A DNA stretch of 64,000 nucleotides from Pirellulales bacterium (GTDB lineage Bacteria; Planctomycetota; Planctomycetia; Pirellulales; Thermoguttaceae), in the NCBI GenBank assembly GCA_963844755.1, contig CAWJPM010000008.1, positions 69,788 through 133,787 of the forward strand, written 5' to 3'. The notes below the pieces were generated by a model, which searched no databases, had not been told where the DNA came from, and saw only the letters and a list, made by a program, of their open reading frames with translations. Made by a program: the position numbers and the translations under genes. The number at the start of each line of letters is the position of its first letter. Position 1 is the stretch's first letter. Below, in pieces: positions 42,378 to 52,933 of the stretch.

Positions 42378-43639
42378 ATGGAACTCAAAACCTATCGAGC
42401 GGCGACGATGAGCGAGGCCTTGGCGCTTGTTCGTCGAGAATTGGGCCCCGACGCGGCGGTGCTGCACACGCGCGAAGTGCAAAAAAGGCGATTATTCGGC
42501 CTGTTTTCCGGCAGTCGGATGATCGAAGTGACGGCATCGCGGGGCGTGAACGTTCCCAGCCGCCTGAAAGCAAAAGAGCACGCGGAGACGGCATCGGCAA
42601 AGAATATCGGCGTCGCCGACATACGCCCGGCCTCGTGCGTCCGCATCGCCGGCAGTTCTTGATTCACCCCGGCAGCAGTCGGTCCTATTGCCCGGCGTGC
42701 ACGAGCAAATCGCCGACTTGCAGACGATGGTCAAGGAACTTTGCCGGCGCTCGAAAACCAGCAGGGTCGGCGATTTGCCGGAAGAACTCTTTACACTGTT
42801 CACCAAGCTGATCGACGCGGACGTGGGCGAGGACCTGGCCCAGGAATTGGTCGAGCGGTTGCGCCGCGAATCCCGGGGCAAACTGGGCGATTCCGTGATG
42901 CTCCAAACGCGGATCGCACAGATGATCGAAGCCGATATCAGCGCGGCGGGGCCGATCGCCATTACCCCCGGCCGTTGCCGCGTGGCGGCTTTGGTGGGTC
43001 CCACCGGCGTGGGCAAAACCACCACCATCGCCAAGCTGGCGGCCAATTATCGCCTTAAAGAGAAACGCCGCGTGGGCCTGATTACGGTCGATACTTACCG
43101 CATCGCGGCCGTCGAGCAGTTGCGAACTTACGCGAACATTATCGACTTGCCCATGCAGGTCGTATCCACGCCGAAGGAGATGCACGAGGCCGTGCGGCAA
43201 ATGGCCGGCATGGATCTGGTGTTGATCGACACCGCCGGACGCAGCCCGAAAGACGAAATCCGCCTGCAGGAACTCAAGGCCTTTATCAGCGAAGCCTCGG
43301 CCGACGAGGTGCACCTGGTCCTAAGCAGCGTGGCTGCGTCGCGCACTCTGCAACAGACCGCCGAACGCTTCGCCGCGGTCGGCGCTACCGCTCTCATAGT
43401 TACCAAACTCGATGAAGCCAACGGCCTGGGGAACTGTACTGCCGGTGTTGCGATCGAGCCGCCTGCCGGTAAGTTATCTTACAAATGGTCAGAATGTGCC
43501 GGATGATATTGAAATAGCCGATTCGCGGCGATTGGCGAAATTGATTTTGGGACTGGAAAACGATAATCGGTCCGGCGATCGGCAATGGCAATGGCAGATC
43601 GGCGGAAATGAACAATCCAACTCCAAACTTCAAGCATGA
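42378..43639 (+). CDS. flhF: flagellar biosynthesis GTPase FlhF (SRP-type); frameshifts near 42660 and 43420
   Basis: MELKTYRAATMSEALALVRRELGPDAAVL..., then VALVGPTGVGKTTTIAKLAA, DTYRIAAVEQL, LIDTAGRS and TKLDE, then ...LPVSYLTNGQNVPDDIE in ORF 43412..43639. Confidence 0.9.
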
Positions 43640-43803
43640 CAGGGTTAATAGATGTAACTTTAATGACAAAAGGAGTTTAGAAACAGGAGAAAAAGTCAAC
43701 TTTCCTCGGGCATCGGCCGATAATGGGTGAGCATTATCGATACCCGATGTGCTGTTAAACTAGAGTGAATATATAAAGTTTAATAGCAACCCAGGAACAA
43801 CTC

Positions 43804-44037
43804 GTGGCACGAATTTATTGCGGAATCCTCGGCCTGCTGTCGTTTTTGACGACCCTGGTACGCGGCTGGATTCACGGCGGCGACGCGGAATCGATTCTCC
43901 GGACCGCTTGGCTTAACTTACTGCTTTTCGGCATCATCGGACTTGTCATCGGCTGGATCGCCGGACGGATCGTGGAGGAAAGCGTTAACGCCCGCTTGGC
44001 TGCCGAACTGTCCGAAAAGATGAATGATGAAAGATAA
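43804..44037 (+). CDS. hypothetical 2-TM small protein occupying the position where flhG usually sits
   Basis: 77-aa ORF with a GTG start and two hydrophobic helices. It has no ATPase motifs. Confidence 0.4.
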   Translation: MARIYCGILGLLSFLTTLVRGWIHGGDAESILRTAWLNLLLFGIIGLVIGWIAGRIVEESVNARLAAELSEKMNDER

Positions 44038-44128
44038 AGATGATGAAGGATGGATGCGGAAGACTGAAAAATGATAACTGATTTGAGAAGGATCTCAAAA
44101 GGCCAGCGCTAAACAATAGCGCGTCATC

Positions 44129-44924
44129 ATGGAGGATCGCATGGCAACTACTCTTGCTCCGGACGATGTTGAGCAACTGTGGATCGAATTTAAAAGGGAC
44201 ATGTGCAACCAGGAGCTCCGCAACCGGCTGGTGGAACGTTATCTGCCGCTGGTGAAATACAACGGCGAGCGGATTTGGGCCCGTCTGCCGGAAGGAGTCG
44301 AACTGGACGACCTGATCTCGGCCGGCGTATTCGGGCTGATGGACGCCATCGACGCCTTCGATCTTTCCCGGGGCGTGAAATTCGAGACATACTGCGTGCC
44401 GCGTATCCGCGGGGCCATGCTCGACGAACTGCGAACCATGGACTGGGTGCCGCGACTTGGTCCGCTCCAAGGCCAGCAAGCTCAACGAGGCCATGAAAAG
44501 CCTGGAGGCCAAACTGGGCCGCCAACCGACGGAAATCGAACTGGCCCAGACCATGAGCATCTCCGTGCCCGAGCTGGAAAAAATGATGCTCGACGCCAAC
44601 GCGGTGAATCTCATCAGCCTCAATAAAAAATGGTACGAGACCGACAGCTACAAAGACGTCCGCGAGATCGACATCCTGGAAGATAAGAAGGGTGAAGATC
44701 CCACGCGGCGGATTCAAAAAAACGACCTCATGCGTCTGGTCACAAAGGGCTTAAACCGCAACGAGCGGCTGATTATCATCCTCTACTATTACGAAGAACT
44801 GACCATGAAGGAGATCGGCGCAACGCTGGACCTGTCGGAAAGCCGCGTGAGCCAGATGCACAGTTCGATAGTGCAGCGCCTGCAAGGCCAACTCGCCCGC
44901 CGCCGCCCGGAATTCGGGTCATAA
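44129..44924 (+). CDS. fliA: flagellar sigma factor FliA (sigma-28); frameshift near 44455
   Basis: ORF 44129..44626 (LVERYLPLVKY...DLISAGVFGLMDAIDAFD...FETYCVPRIRGAMLDELR) joins ORF 44457..44924 (ERLIIILYYYEELTMKEIGATLDLSESRVSQMHS). Confidence 0.9.
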
Positions 44925-45138
44925 TATTCAGTAACCTCTTTGTAGTAAACAAGTTACAATTTACACAGTTCTCTTTTCATCCCTCCATCTTTCTGACTGT
45001 ATCATTTTTCTACTCCATATTGCTGGCTAGAGCTGCAATTCAACCACGACAAACGGTCGCGGTTTTATGGACAAGCGACGTGCTTCCGGGCAGCCTCTGT
45101 TAGAAATTCAATATTTTTGAAATTCGATAACAAATCGC

Positions 45139-45184
45139 TTGACATTGCTTACTTAAGTCGGTATAAATACCTACATCATGTAGG
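45139..45184 (+). promoter_or_regulatory. sigma70-type promoter and TACA/TGTA dyad operator upstream of blaI
   Basis: TTGACA (45139-45144), a 17-nt spacer, TATAAA (45162-45167), then CCTACAT-C-ATGTAGG (45170-45184). BlaI/MecI operators contain TACA/TGTA dyads. Confidence 0.6.
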
Positions 45185-45204
45185 CAATATTGAGGATTTA
45201 TACA

Positions 45205-45606
45205 ATGAAAAAACGCGAATCCGCTCCGATTTCCGAAGCACAGCGGGAAATCATGAACATCGTTTGGGCCGGCGGTGAAGTGGGCGTGGCCGAGGTGTGG
45301 CGCATACTTTCCACCCGCCGACCAGTGGCCCGGAACACCGTATTGACCCTGATAACACGACTGGTCGATAAGGGTTGGCTCGAGCCGCGGCGCGTGGGAA
45401 ATGCCTATCGCTACACCGCCGCCCGGCCTCGCGAACAAGCCAGGGCGGAAGAAATCCGCCGCCTTGTGGACACGGTTTTTGAAGGATCGGCGGAAGGATT
45501 AGTAATGTCGCTCTTGGAAGGCGGTGAACTGTCGCCGGAGGAGTCCCAACGCATCCGGGCGATGATCTTGAAGGCAAATCGAAAAGGCGGGAGGGAAAAA
45601 TCATGA
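45205..45606 (+). CDS. blaI: BlaI/MecI/CopY family transcriptional repressor
   Basis: ISEAQREIMNIVWAGGEVGVAEVW...ARNTVLTLITRLVDKGWL...YRYTA. It is translationally coupled (ATGA) to blaR1. Confidence 0.85.
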   Translation: MKKRESAPISEAQREIMNIVWAGGEVGVAEVWRILSTRRPVARNTVLTLITRLVDKGWLEPRRVGNAYRYTAARPREQARAEEIRRLVDTVFEGSAEGLVMSLLEGGELSPEESQRIRAMILKANRKGGREKS

Positions 45607-48476
45607 GCTTCCTTTTGCATCTATATCCCGGCGATAAATATTCGTTATTCATGGCCGAGATTCTGCTTCAGGCGACAGTGGCAACTCTGGCGGCCTGGCT
45701 TTTGGCGAGGATTGTTTTCCGCCACAACGCAGCGGCTCGCCATAATGTTTGGTTGTTTGCACTGATTGTCGTAATTTTCAGTCCGGCAACCACATATATC
45801 GCCGATTCAGCCGGTCTTTGCATCTTAACCGTATCAATGCCCAAGACTCCTTCCCTTACAACTGTAACTGCAAATCCGGATATCGCATATCCCCCGATCA
45901 ATGAAGATATTGACTTCAAACCGTTAAATACTCAGACGGATGCTCGGCGGCTGACTGATAACGAATATGCCGGAAAGCAACCGGCGGATACCGCCGGTTT
46001 TTCGGTCCAGGATGTATCGAAGATTACGCCGAAAGCGGAAAATTCGTTTACCACCGCCGACCGGCTCCGCATATTTGCCTTTCTCGCGATAGCAATTTGG
46101 AGCTTGGGCATATCGTACATGCTGATTCGCCTTGTCCGGCGCGGATTCGCACTGCGGCGATTGTATGCGACGATCCGGTCGCCTGACGAGGATGATAATT
46201 TACGGCCGATGTTCGCCGAAATCAGCCGCGTCCTGGGCATCAATCAAGTGCCGCGAATCATGCTTTGGACCGAAAAACGAATTCACATCACGCCGATTAT
46301 CGCCGGAGTTTTTCGACCGGTTATCATTCTTTCCCAGGAATTGGTTGACAGTTTGGAGCGAGATGAGCTACGCGACGTGCTGCTTCATGAGTGTGCCCAC
46401 GTGCTACGGCGCGACACGCTGATCGGACTGTTGCAGCGGATAGCCGATGTGTTGTTTTGGCCGTATCCGCTTGTATGGTTCATGAATCGCAATTTGTCTC
46501 GTGCCCGGGAAGAGGTTTGCGATAATTACGTACTGCGGCAAACCGACGGCCCGCGATATGCGCAAACGCTTTTTGATCTTTCCCGGCGAATCCGTCCCCT
46601 TTCACCCGGTTTGGCCCACGTAGGACTGTTTCAATACAATTGGCCGTTGGAACAGCGTGTGGCCGGACTGCTCGACACAAGGAGAACTGTTATGACAAGA
46701 ATCAGACCTTTTACCATGAGCGTGTTGGCGGTTTTGTTTGTAAGCGTTGCGGTTTTGGCGGCCGGCACCAAAGCCCAATCGCCGGCTTCTAAAGACAAGT
46801 CCGATGACTCCCAACCAACTGTCCTACGACGTACGGTAAACAAATCAGTCAAAGATTTTTCGGAGAAAATCGACCTTTCCACGCCCGAATCGGCTTGGGC
46901 CGCTTATCAACGTGCAAATGTAAACAAGAATGCCAAATCTGTGGCGGAGCTAAGCTATTGGCGCGATTCCGGCCTCAACACAATAAATGCGATGGAGAAA
47001 TTTTTTAAGGGAAAGGACATAGACGTTTTTTTACAGGCCATACAAAATTCTGAAATAATCGAGGTCGCCGTTTATCACGATGATTTTGCCGAAGTGATTT
47101 CTAAATTGAACTTTCCGGAGGGTGTCGGCCGCGATCCTTATAGCGCCAGAAGCTTCGGAAGGATCAACGGCTTGTGGAAGAACCTGGGCGAGGACCGTTT
47201 CTCAAGCCTGGAAGCCGCCAGGAGTAAATTTGATCAAAAAAAGGACGGCCTTTGGAAGAATTTTCTGGAGACCAAAGACATAGTCACCGGAAAAACGAAA
47301 CCGTTTAAGGGCGAAATAATATCGCCGGAAAATTATGAGCGGGCAAAATCTGATACCCCGGATAGCGACAAGCTTCTATTGATGGGCTTGGTCGAGAACT
47401 TCTTTCTGCACAACGCCCGGGATATTACCGCCAGAAAATCGCTGGAATGGGGCAACGTCGAAAAGAATCCGGACGGAACCCGATCGATTCGCTATAAATT
47501 TGAAGCAAAAATTTGGGACCGCGATACGATGATCGGCGAACAGAAATTCACCTTCGACAAGGACAACGTGATTATCAGCTTCGAACATATCACTCCGCCT
47601 CAGAAAAAGGAGGCAGGCAATCAGACTTGGACGAACTGGAACAACGGCCAAAGCATTGGCTCATTCTTCGCCGTCGCCGGCACTGCAAAGGAAACGGTCG
47701 CCGTGGGTATTGATGGACTCATCGCCACCCGCAACAACAGCACCGGCGCTTGGACGACCCAAACCTTCACCGGCGATCCCGACTTTCGCGCGATTGTTTA
47801 TGCCCATAATCAATATGTTGTCGTGCGCGAAGCGGGTTCCATCATGACCAGCCCGGATGGACTCAAATGGACAAATCGCACTTCTCCCACCAAAAATGAT
47901 CTGCGGGGATTGTTTTGGGACGGACATCAATATCTCGCCGGCGGGACCTGGGGAACGATCTTGTCCAGCCCGGACGGCATTAAATGGACCAGCCGCGACT
48001 CAGGAAGCAAAATAATCCTTTCCAGTTTCAGTTACTCGGGCACGCGTTATGTTGCCGTCGGGAATGATGGCATTCTCATCAGCAGTGATTCCGTTACTTG
48101 GACGACACCCAAGACCGCGCCCACGTCGGTTCCATTCGAATCCTGCACCTGGACGGGCAATGAGTTTCTCGCTTGCGGACTTGGATTGGACGAAAATCCG
48201 ACCATCTACACCAGCCCGGACGCCGACGTCTGGACGCTCCGTGACACCACCATCAGGGCATCTCTCCGGGCGGTGACTACCATCAACGGCACGATTTACG
48301 TCGCAGGCGACAGCGTCATCGCGAAATCCACTGACGGCGGAACGACGTGGACGGACACCTACAACAATTCTGGTATGAACAAACTCTTCATGGGTTTGTA
48401 CAGCAACGGCGAGTATTTGATTGCCGTCGGATTCAATCACAACGTATGGGCAATGCCAGTGCCAGCAGCGCCATAA
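45603..48476 (+). CDS. blaR1: BlaR1-like M56 peptidase signal transducer with a ~560-aa extracytoplasmic extension ending in a BNR/Ycf48-like beta-propeller
   Basis: Intact 957-aa ORF with 4 TM helices and HECAHVLRRD (HExxH). The C-terminus has repeated S(P/S)DG..WT units (TSPDGLKWTNR, SSPDGIKWTSR, SSDSVTWTT, TSPDADVWT, KSTDGGTTWTD). Confidence 0.8.
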   Translation: MSFLLHLYPGDKYSLFMAEILLQATVATLAAWLLARIVFRHNAAARHNVWLFALIVVIFSPATTYIADSAGLCILTVSMPKTPSLTTVTANPDIAYPPINEDIDFKPLNTQTDARRLTDNEYAGKQPADTAGFSVQDVSKITPKAENSFTTADRLRIFAFLAIAIWSLGISYMLIRLVRRGFALRRLYATIRSPDEDDNLRPMFAEISRVLGINQVPRIMLWTEKRIHITPIIAGVFRPVIILSQELVDSLERDELRDVLLHECAHVLRRDTLIGLLQRIADVLFWPYPLVWFMNRNLSRAREEVCDNYVLRQTDGPRYAQTLFDLSRRIRPLSPGLAHVGLFQYNWPLEQRVAGLLDTRRTVMTRIRPFTMSVLAVLFVSVAVLAAGTKAQSPASKDKSDDSQPTVLRRTVNKSVKDFSEKIDLSTPESAWAAYQRANVNKNAKSVAELSYWRDSGLNTINAMEKFFKGKDIDVFLQAIQNSEIIEVAVYHDDFAEVISKLNFPEGVGRDPYSARSFGRINGLWKNLGEDRFSSLEAARSKFDQKKDGLWKNFLETKDIVTGKTKPFKGEIISPENYERAKSDTPDSDKLLLMGLVENFFLHNARDITARKSLEWGNVEKNPDGTRSIRYKFEAKIWDRDTMIGEQKFTFDKDNVIISFEHITPPQKKEAGNQTWTNWNNGQSIGSFFAVAGTAKETVAVGIDGLIATRNNSTGAWTTQTFTGDPDFRAIVYAHNQYVVVREAGSIMTSPDGLKWTNRTSPTKNDLRGLFWDGHQYLAGGTWGTILSSPDGIKWTSRDSGSKIILSSFSYSGTRYVAVGNDGILISSDSVTWTTPKTAPTSVPFESCTWTGNEFLACGLGLDENPTIYTSPDADVWTLRDTTIRASLRAVTTINGTIYVAGDSVIAKSTDGGTTWTDTYNNSGMNKLFMGLYSNGEYLIAVGFNHNVWAMPVPAAP

Positions 48477-48575
48477 TGCAAAATGTCAAATCCGTTAACA
48501 TAGGGTTAAAACCGCCCTGAAGCCAACGCCTATGTTGGAACGGAAGTTGTACTCCCGTCCCAATAGACAAATCAG

Positions 48576-48613
48576 GGGGCGGCAGTACAACTCAACTGCC
48601 GCCCCAACTTTTG
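48576..48613 (+). terminator. intrinsic terminator-like hairpin after blaR1
   Basis: GGGGCGGCAG-N10-CTGCCGCCCC followed by AACTTTTGT. Confidence 0.5.
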
Positions 48614-48856
48614 TAACTTTATCAATCTGAGACTCAATAAATAAAAAAATTCCTCCAGGCGTGTCCGGCACGGCATTGGCGGGAGGGCAAGTGGAAATAT
48701 GCCACGCTCGGGCGTTACCTGGAGGAAAAGTATTTGGTGTTAGGGTATTTAGCTAGACTGCAAGCGGTTTCTTTTTTTCAGTTGTCATGTTTGCGCGATC
48801 GTTCTCTTCGCTCCATCCTGAAAAATTCATCATTCAGCGTTCAACATTCATCATTT

Positions 48857-49081
48857 TCAACGTGGTTGGTTGGGGCGTTGACGTTTATAGCGTTTTGGAA
48901 CCGGCCCAAAATCCCTTTCCCAGCGCTCGGTCAAATGCCGCAATTGGACGTTGATGCGGCGGGTGAAATCGAGGTAAGCACGCAATTCCACCCGCACCGG
49001 CACGTCCCAATGGTCCCGGCCGATGCTTACAAAGTTGAGCAGGTTTTGATCGAGGTTATTCATTACCACGTTCCTTAACAT
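48857..49081 (-). CDS. hypothetical small basic protein
   Basis: 74-aa ORF (or 68 aa from ATG 49063). I recognise no family and there is no clear SD. Confidence 0.3.
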   Translation of the reverse strand: MLRNVVMNNLDQNLLNFVSIGRDHWDVPVRVELRAYLDFTRRINVQLRHLTERWERDFGPVPKRYKRQRPNQPR

Positions 49082-49261
49082 CGTCTTCTAGTAACACTAC
49101 GTAAGACATGCCCGGCAGGTTCAGAGTTCGTGGTTTATCAGAAAAAAGACCGGATTAGCGTCAAATCGGCAAGTCGCAATAAATACGCCCGGCAAAACAC
49201 GTTAGTGCATGCCGGGCGCAATGAGAAAGTATGTTTTAAACTTTATATAATCGGAATTTCT

Positions 49262-51448
49262 TTACTCGGATTTATCCTTAGCCGGCGGTTTTTCCGGAGT
49301 TTTTTCATCGCCTGCTGGATTGACCGGTTTTTGAGCTTCCGACCTGTGCCGCAAATGGGAAATCGCCCGGTACAGATCGCGCGGGGTAATAAATCCTTTT
49401 TTGTCCACGTCGATGCGGTCGAAATTTTTCTGGATCCCAGGCGGGGCTTCATCCTTAGTGAGTTTTCCGTCGTGGTTATTGTCGAAGTTTTGGAAAAGCC
49501 TGGTAATTCTCTCCTCAAATGCACATCAGGCCGAGAACCGTGGATAATTCACCATGGAGGATCCTGCGGGCGGTCCAAAACCTTGCCCGCCAAACCAGCC
49601 GACCGGCCGTGCCCATTGCGGGCCGGGGCCGGGCAGAACGGCATGCAATAAATGCTTCATGCCCTGGGAAAATTCCTCAAAGCTCAGTTGATTGTCATGG
49701 TTTGTATCCAGGCGGTCAAAAAGGGCCTTAGGATTGAATTCCTGGCGATGCGGTCTTGCATTATAAGACAACAATTGCTGATACCAGTTTTGTCCATTGG
49801 GCTGCCAAGGACGCCGCGGCCCGGGCCCGTATGCCATCCCAGGAGCCATCCAAGGGGCCATGCGATGATGATTGGGTCTTCCAAAATTGGCCTGCCAGGG
49901 AGGGTTGGGCGGTCCCCAATGACCATACTGTTGCCAAGGATGATTCGGCGGTCCCCAACGCCCATATTGCTGCCAGGGACGCTGTTGCAGGGTTCGAAGG
50001 CAGCCCAACGATGCGGAGGTCCATATCCGGGCCCAGCCCAGGGCCGTTGTTCTGGTCCGTTAAAGTGCGACCCTCTCATCCAAGGCGGTCCTGCGTTAGG
50101 TCCCGGGAAATTAGGACCTGCCATTTGCGGAGGTCTGCCGTCCGGTCCGCCTCGGCCAAACGGCGGCCCGTCCATTCGTCCACGTTGCCCGCCTGGTCCA
50201 CCAAACGGTTGTCCTGGCATCCGATCAAATCCTGATTTCGGGCCACCAGAACGCTGTTCTGCCATCCACCTGGGCCCCATTCCTGGTCCGCCAAAGCCTT
50301 GTCCGCCCATCCAACCAGAATCCCTTTCTGGTCCGCCAAAGCCCTGGCCGTGCCATCCAACCGGGACCCATTCCCGGTCCTCCGAAGCCCTGTCCGCCCA
50401 TCCGACCAAATTGCCCACCTCGTCCGCCAAAGGGCGGTCCTGGCATGGCAGTGGCCGGTTCTTTGGCATCAATCTCACCCATTTTTTGCAGCAGGGACTT
50501 AATTTGATCGATTTGCGACAGGGTGCCGCGAATCAAGAGTTGTCTGGTGCTTGGATCGGCATCTACTTGAGGAGCACCACTAGTGCAGCCTTTGGATGCA
50601 TCGTCGCCGCCGAAAAGCTTGTTGATCGAAAGCACGGCCGTTTGCGGATCGACTATTCTCAAGCGGATCACCACCACCTGGCGAGCGTCTTGTTGCATCT
50701 GATCCAAGACGGCCCGAATCGTGGCATGTTCGGCGGGCCGGGCAAGAACGATCAGGTGGTTGGTCTTTGGATCGATGTCCATGCGCACATCGGGTTTGCC
50801 TGCCAACAAGGTTTGCAGCACTTTCAACGTCGTTTGCGGATCGGCCTCGTTAATAGTATAAACTTGCACTTGAACCGGTCCATCCGGACCATCGACGCCG
50901 GCTGGTTTTTGAGGCGGTTCTTCACCAGGTCCCCGGAAAGGCGGCCCTGCCATCTGATCAGGTCGCCCTTCTGGTCCGCCCATCCGACCGGGTCCCATTC
51001 CCTGCCGGCCAAACGGTCGTCCTGTCATCTCACCAGGTCGTCCTTCAGGTCCACCGAAACGGCGGCCAAACGGCGGCCCTTGCATCTGATCAGCTTGTCC
51101 TTCCGGTTCGCTAGAACGACGGCCAAGAGGCGATGGTTCGCTACCCGGACCTGGGCGATGCTGATTAAGTGCAGCGGTTAATTCTTCCTTGGTGATTTTT
51201 CCGTCGCCGTTGGCATCGGCCAGGAATAGCAGTTGTTTAAACATTTCCTGCATGCCCGGAGGAAGTTCATCCTGAGTAATAAACCGTCGTGATTGGCATC
51301 CAGGCGGTTAAACAAGATTTCAGGATTTGGCCCGGCAGGTCTGGGCTTTAGAAGGTCCCGGCGGCCCGGCTGGATCTTCCGCCAATAGATATTGGGGAAG
51401 AAAAACGATAGTTAACCCCGTCAGCAAACAGAGAATTAGCCTGTGCAT
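49262..51448 (-). CDS. secreted multi-EF-hand protein with central secretin-N (GspD N-domain-like) repeats and Gly/Pro/Met-rich tandem repeats; several frameshifts
   Basis: AGGAG plus ATG 51448 and signal peptide MHRLILCLLTGLTIVFL. EF loops are DANHDG, DANGDGKITKEEL, DTNHDNQLSFEEF, DNNHDGKLTKDE and DVDKKGFITPRD. VQVYTINEADPQTTLKVLQTLL...DPKTNHLIVLARP is secretin_N-like. ORFs 50225..51253, 49684..50478, 49526..50008 and a frame ending at the TAA at 49262 are colinear. Confidence 0.65.
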
Positions 51449-52439
51449 TGTCAGTCTCCTAAACTGAGGGAATTGAAGGCATTACAACACATTCCACAGA
51501 CTCTAACCCCTGAAACCAAGTGATAGTTCCGATAATTCCGGCAATTTCCACAAACACGCCTTTGTGGTTGAAAAAAAATGAGACCGGCTTTGAACCGAGT
51601 TCTGTAAATGTCTGGGATAAGAGGTCTTGCGAGGTGACTGCCCATTCTTTTGCAATTACTTTGGTGGTCTGTCAGATCAACGTGCCACAGATCGACAGTA
51701 CAGGCCCAAAATTGACGAATAATTTAGCATTAAAATCCGCCTCTTTCGCCCATTTCCTGTCTCCTATCTCCATTTCCTATCCCCTAAACCCTATTTTTCA
51801 TTCCCAACTGCCTGTTTCCTGCGGCCTAATGGCCAGATAGATATTGTCCAGATTTCGGCAACCGCCTATAATCCCGCCGCATTAGAGGGTTTTTTCTTTA
51901 TTGGAAAATTTTATTGCCGTGTAGAACCCGCGGCAGTGGAACTCCGTATAGTAGTGCAGGCAGCGGTTGATAGGATGGTTTCTTAAACCGCCTGCTACAA
52001 TCGGATAGGACGATTTTTAAAATCGTCTTAATTATGCTTGTCGGATTTGTTTGCTTTTTCCGCTTGGCTTTTTGACGGCGGCGAGACAAAATAGGAGTAA
52101 GCGCCAGATCGCGCACAACAGATACAAATCGCGGATGAATTGTCGCGTAAATTCACCGCGTCGATGTGGCCGGAAAACACCACGCGATTAGGCAAGGCAA
52201 CGCGAAAGAGGAAGTCGGGCCGTCAAAGGCGTTACAAGCAAAAGGCAGCAGGAAATCCGCACGAGCGAAGGGTTTTGAGTTTGATTTAATCCACGGCGCA
52301 ACGCCGGCCGATGACACCAGTGCCAACAATGCTAGAGCCCATTGGAAATGTCACGGCGGATGCCAAGCGAGGCGACGGTGGAAGGTAAGGTTTACAAGCA
52401 AGGACGCGAATTTGACCTCGTCCTTAAGGAGAGACAGCG

Positions 52440-52721
52440 ATGCACATTTACGGTCCAAATCAACTGCACGGCCCGCAATCGGTCGGAGCCCCGCACAACG
52501 TCCGCAACACCCAGGCGCCCGCGAAGACGGAAAATACGTCTGCGATCCACGATTCCGTGGAAATTTCCGATGCCGCGCGCTTGGTGGCGGAAGCCCGCGA
52601 TATTCCCGACATCCGGCAAGATCGCGTCAATGATATCCGCCAGGAGATCGCCTCGGGCACATACGAAACCGAGGCCAAACTCAACGCCGCGGTGGAGCGA
52701 TTGCTGGATGAAATCGGGTAA
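52440..52721 (+). CDS. flgM: anti-sigma-28 factor FlgM
   Basis: 93 aa, with AAGGAGAG before the ATG. The C-terminus IRQDRVNDIRQEIASGTYETEAKLNAAVERLLDEI matches the FlgM sigma-28-binding region. Confidence 0.8.
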   Translation: MHIYGPNQLHGPQSVGAPHNVRNTQAPAKTENTSAIHDSVEISDAARLVAEARDIPDIRQDRVNDIRQEIASGTYETEAKLNAAVERLLDEIG

Positions 52722-52933
52722 TGACTTTTCGGCAAACTTTTCGGTAGGCAGTTTTCAGTCAACATTTTTCGGTTTAGCCGCGGAATCGTGCCGCGCATAT
52801 AACAGGTTAATTCTACCGGCAGAAGCCGTGGCCATGCTTAAGTGGCCATTTTGCAGTGCTTAACATACCCACGTTAAACGTGGGCATGGCGCCAGTCTGT
52901 GCTTGGGAAACACGGGCAAGATGCCCGTGCCAC

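Noticed and set aside
49652-51181. 509-aa plus-strand ORF, the longest 'new' ORF in the region
   Set aside because: It lies antisense to the Gly/Pro-rich repeat gene. Its sequence is Pro/Gly/Arg/Ser-rich low complexity with no start context. The minus strand carries the EF-hand and secretin-N motifs.
52286-52314. Sigma-28 promoter upstream of flgM (GCCGATGA at 52307-52314)
   Set aside because: Only the -10 half resembles GCCGATAA. The best -35 candidate (TTAA/TAAT) is 16-17 nt away rather than 15 and is weak, so this is not enough to call.
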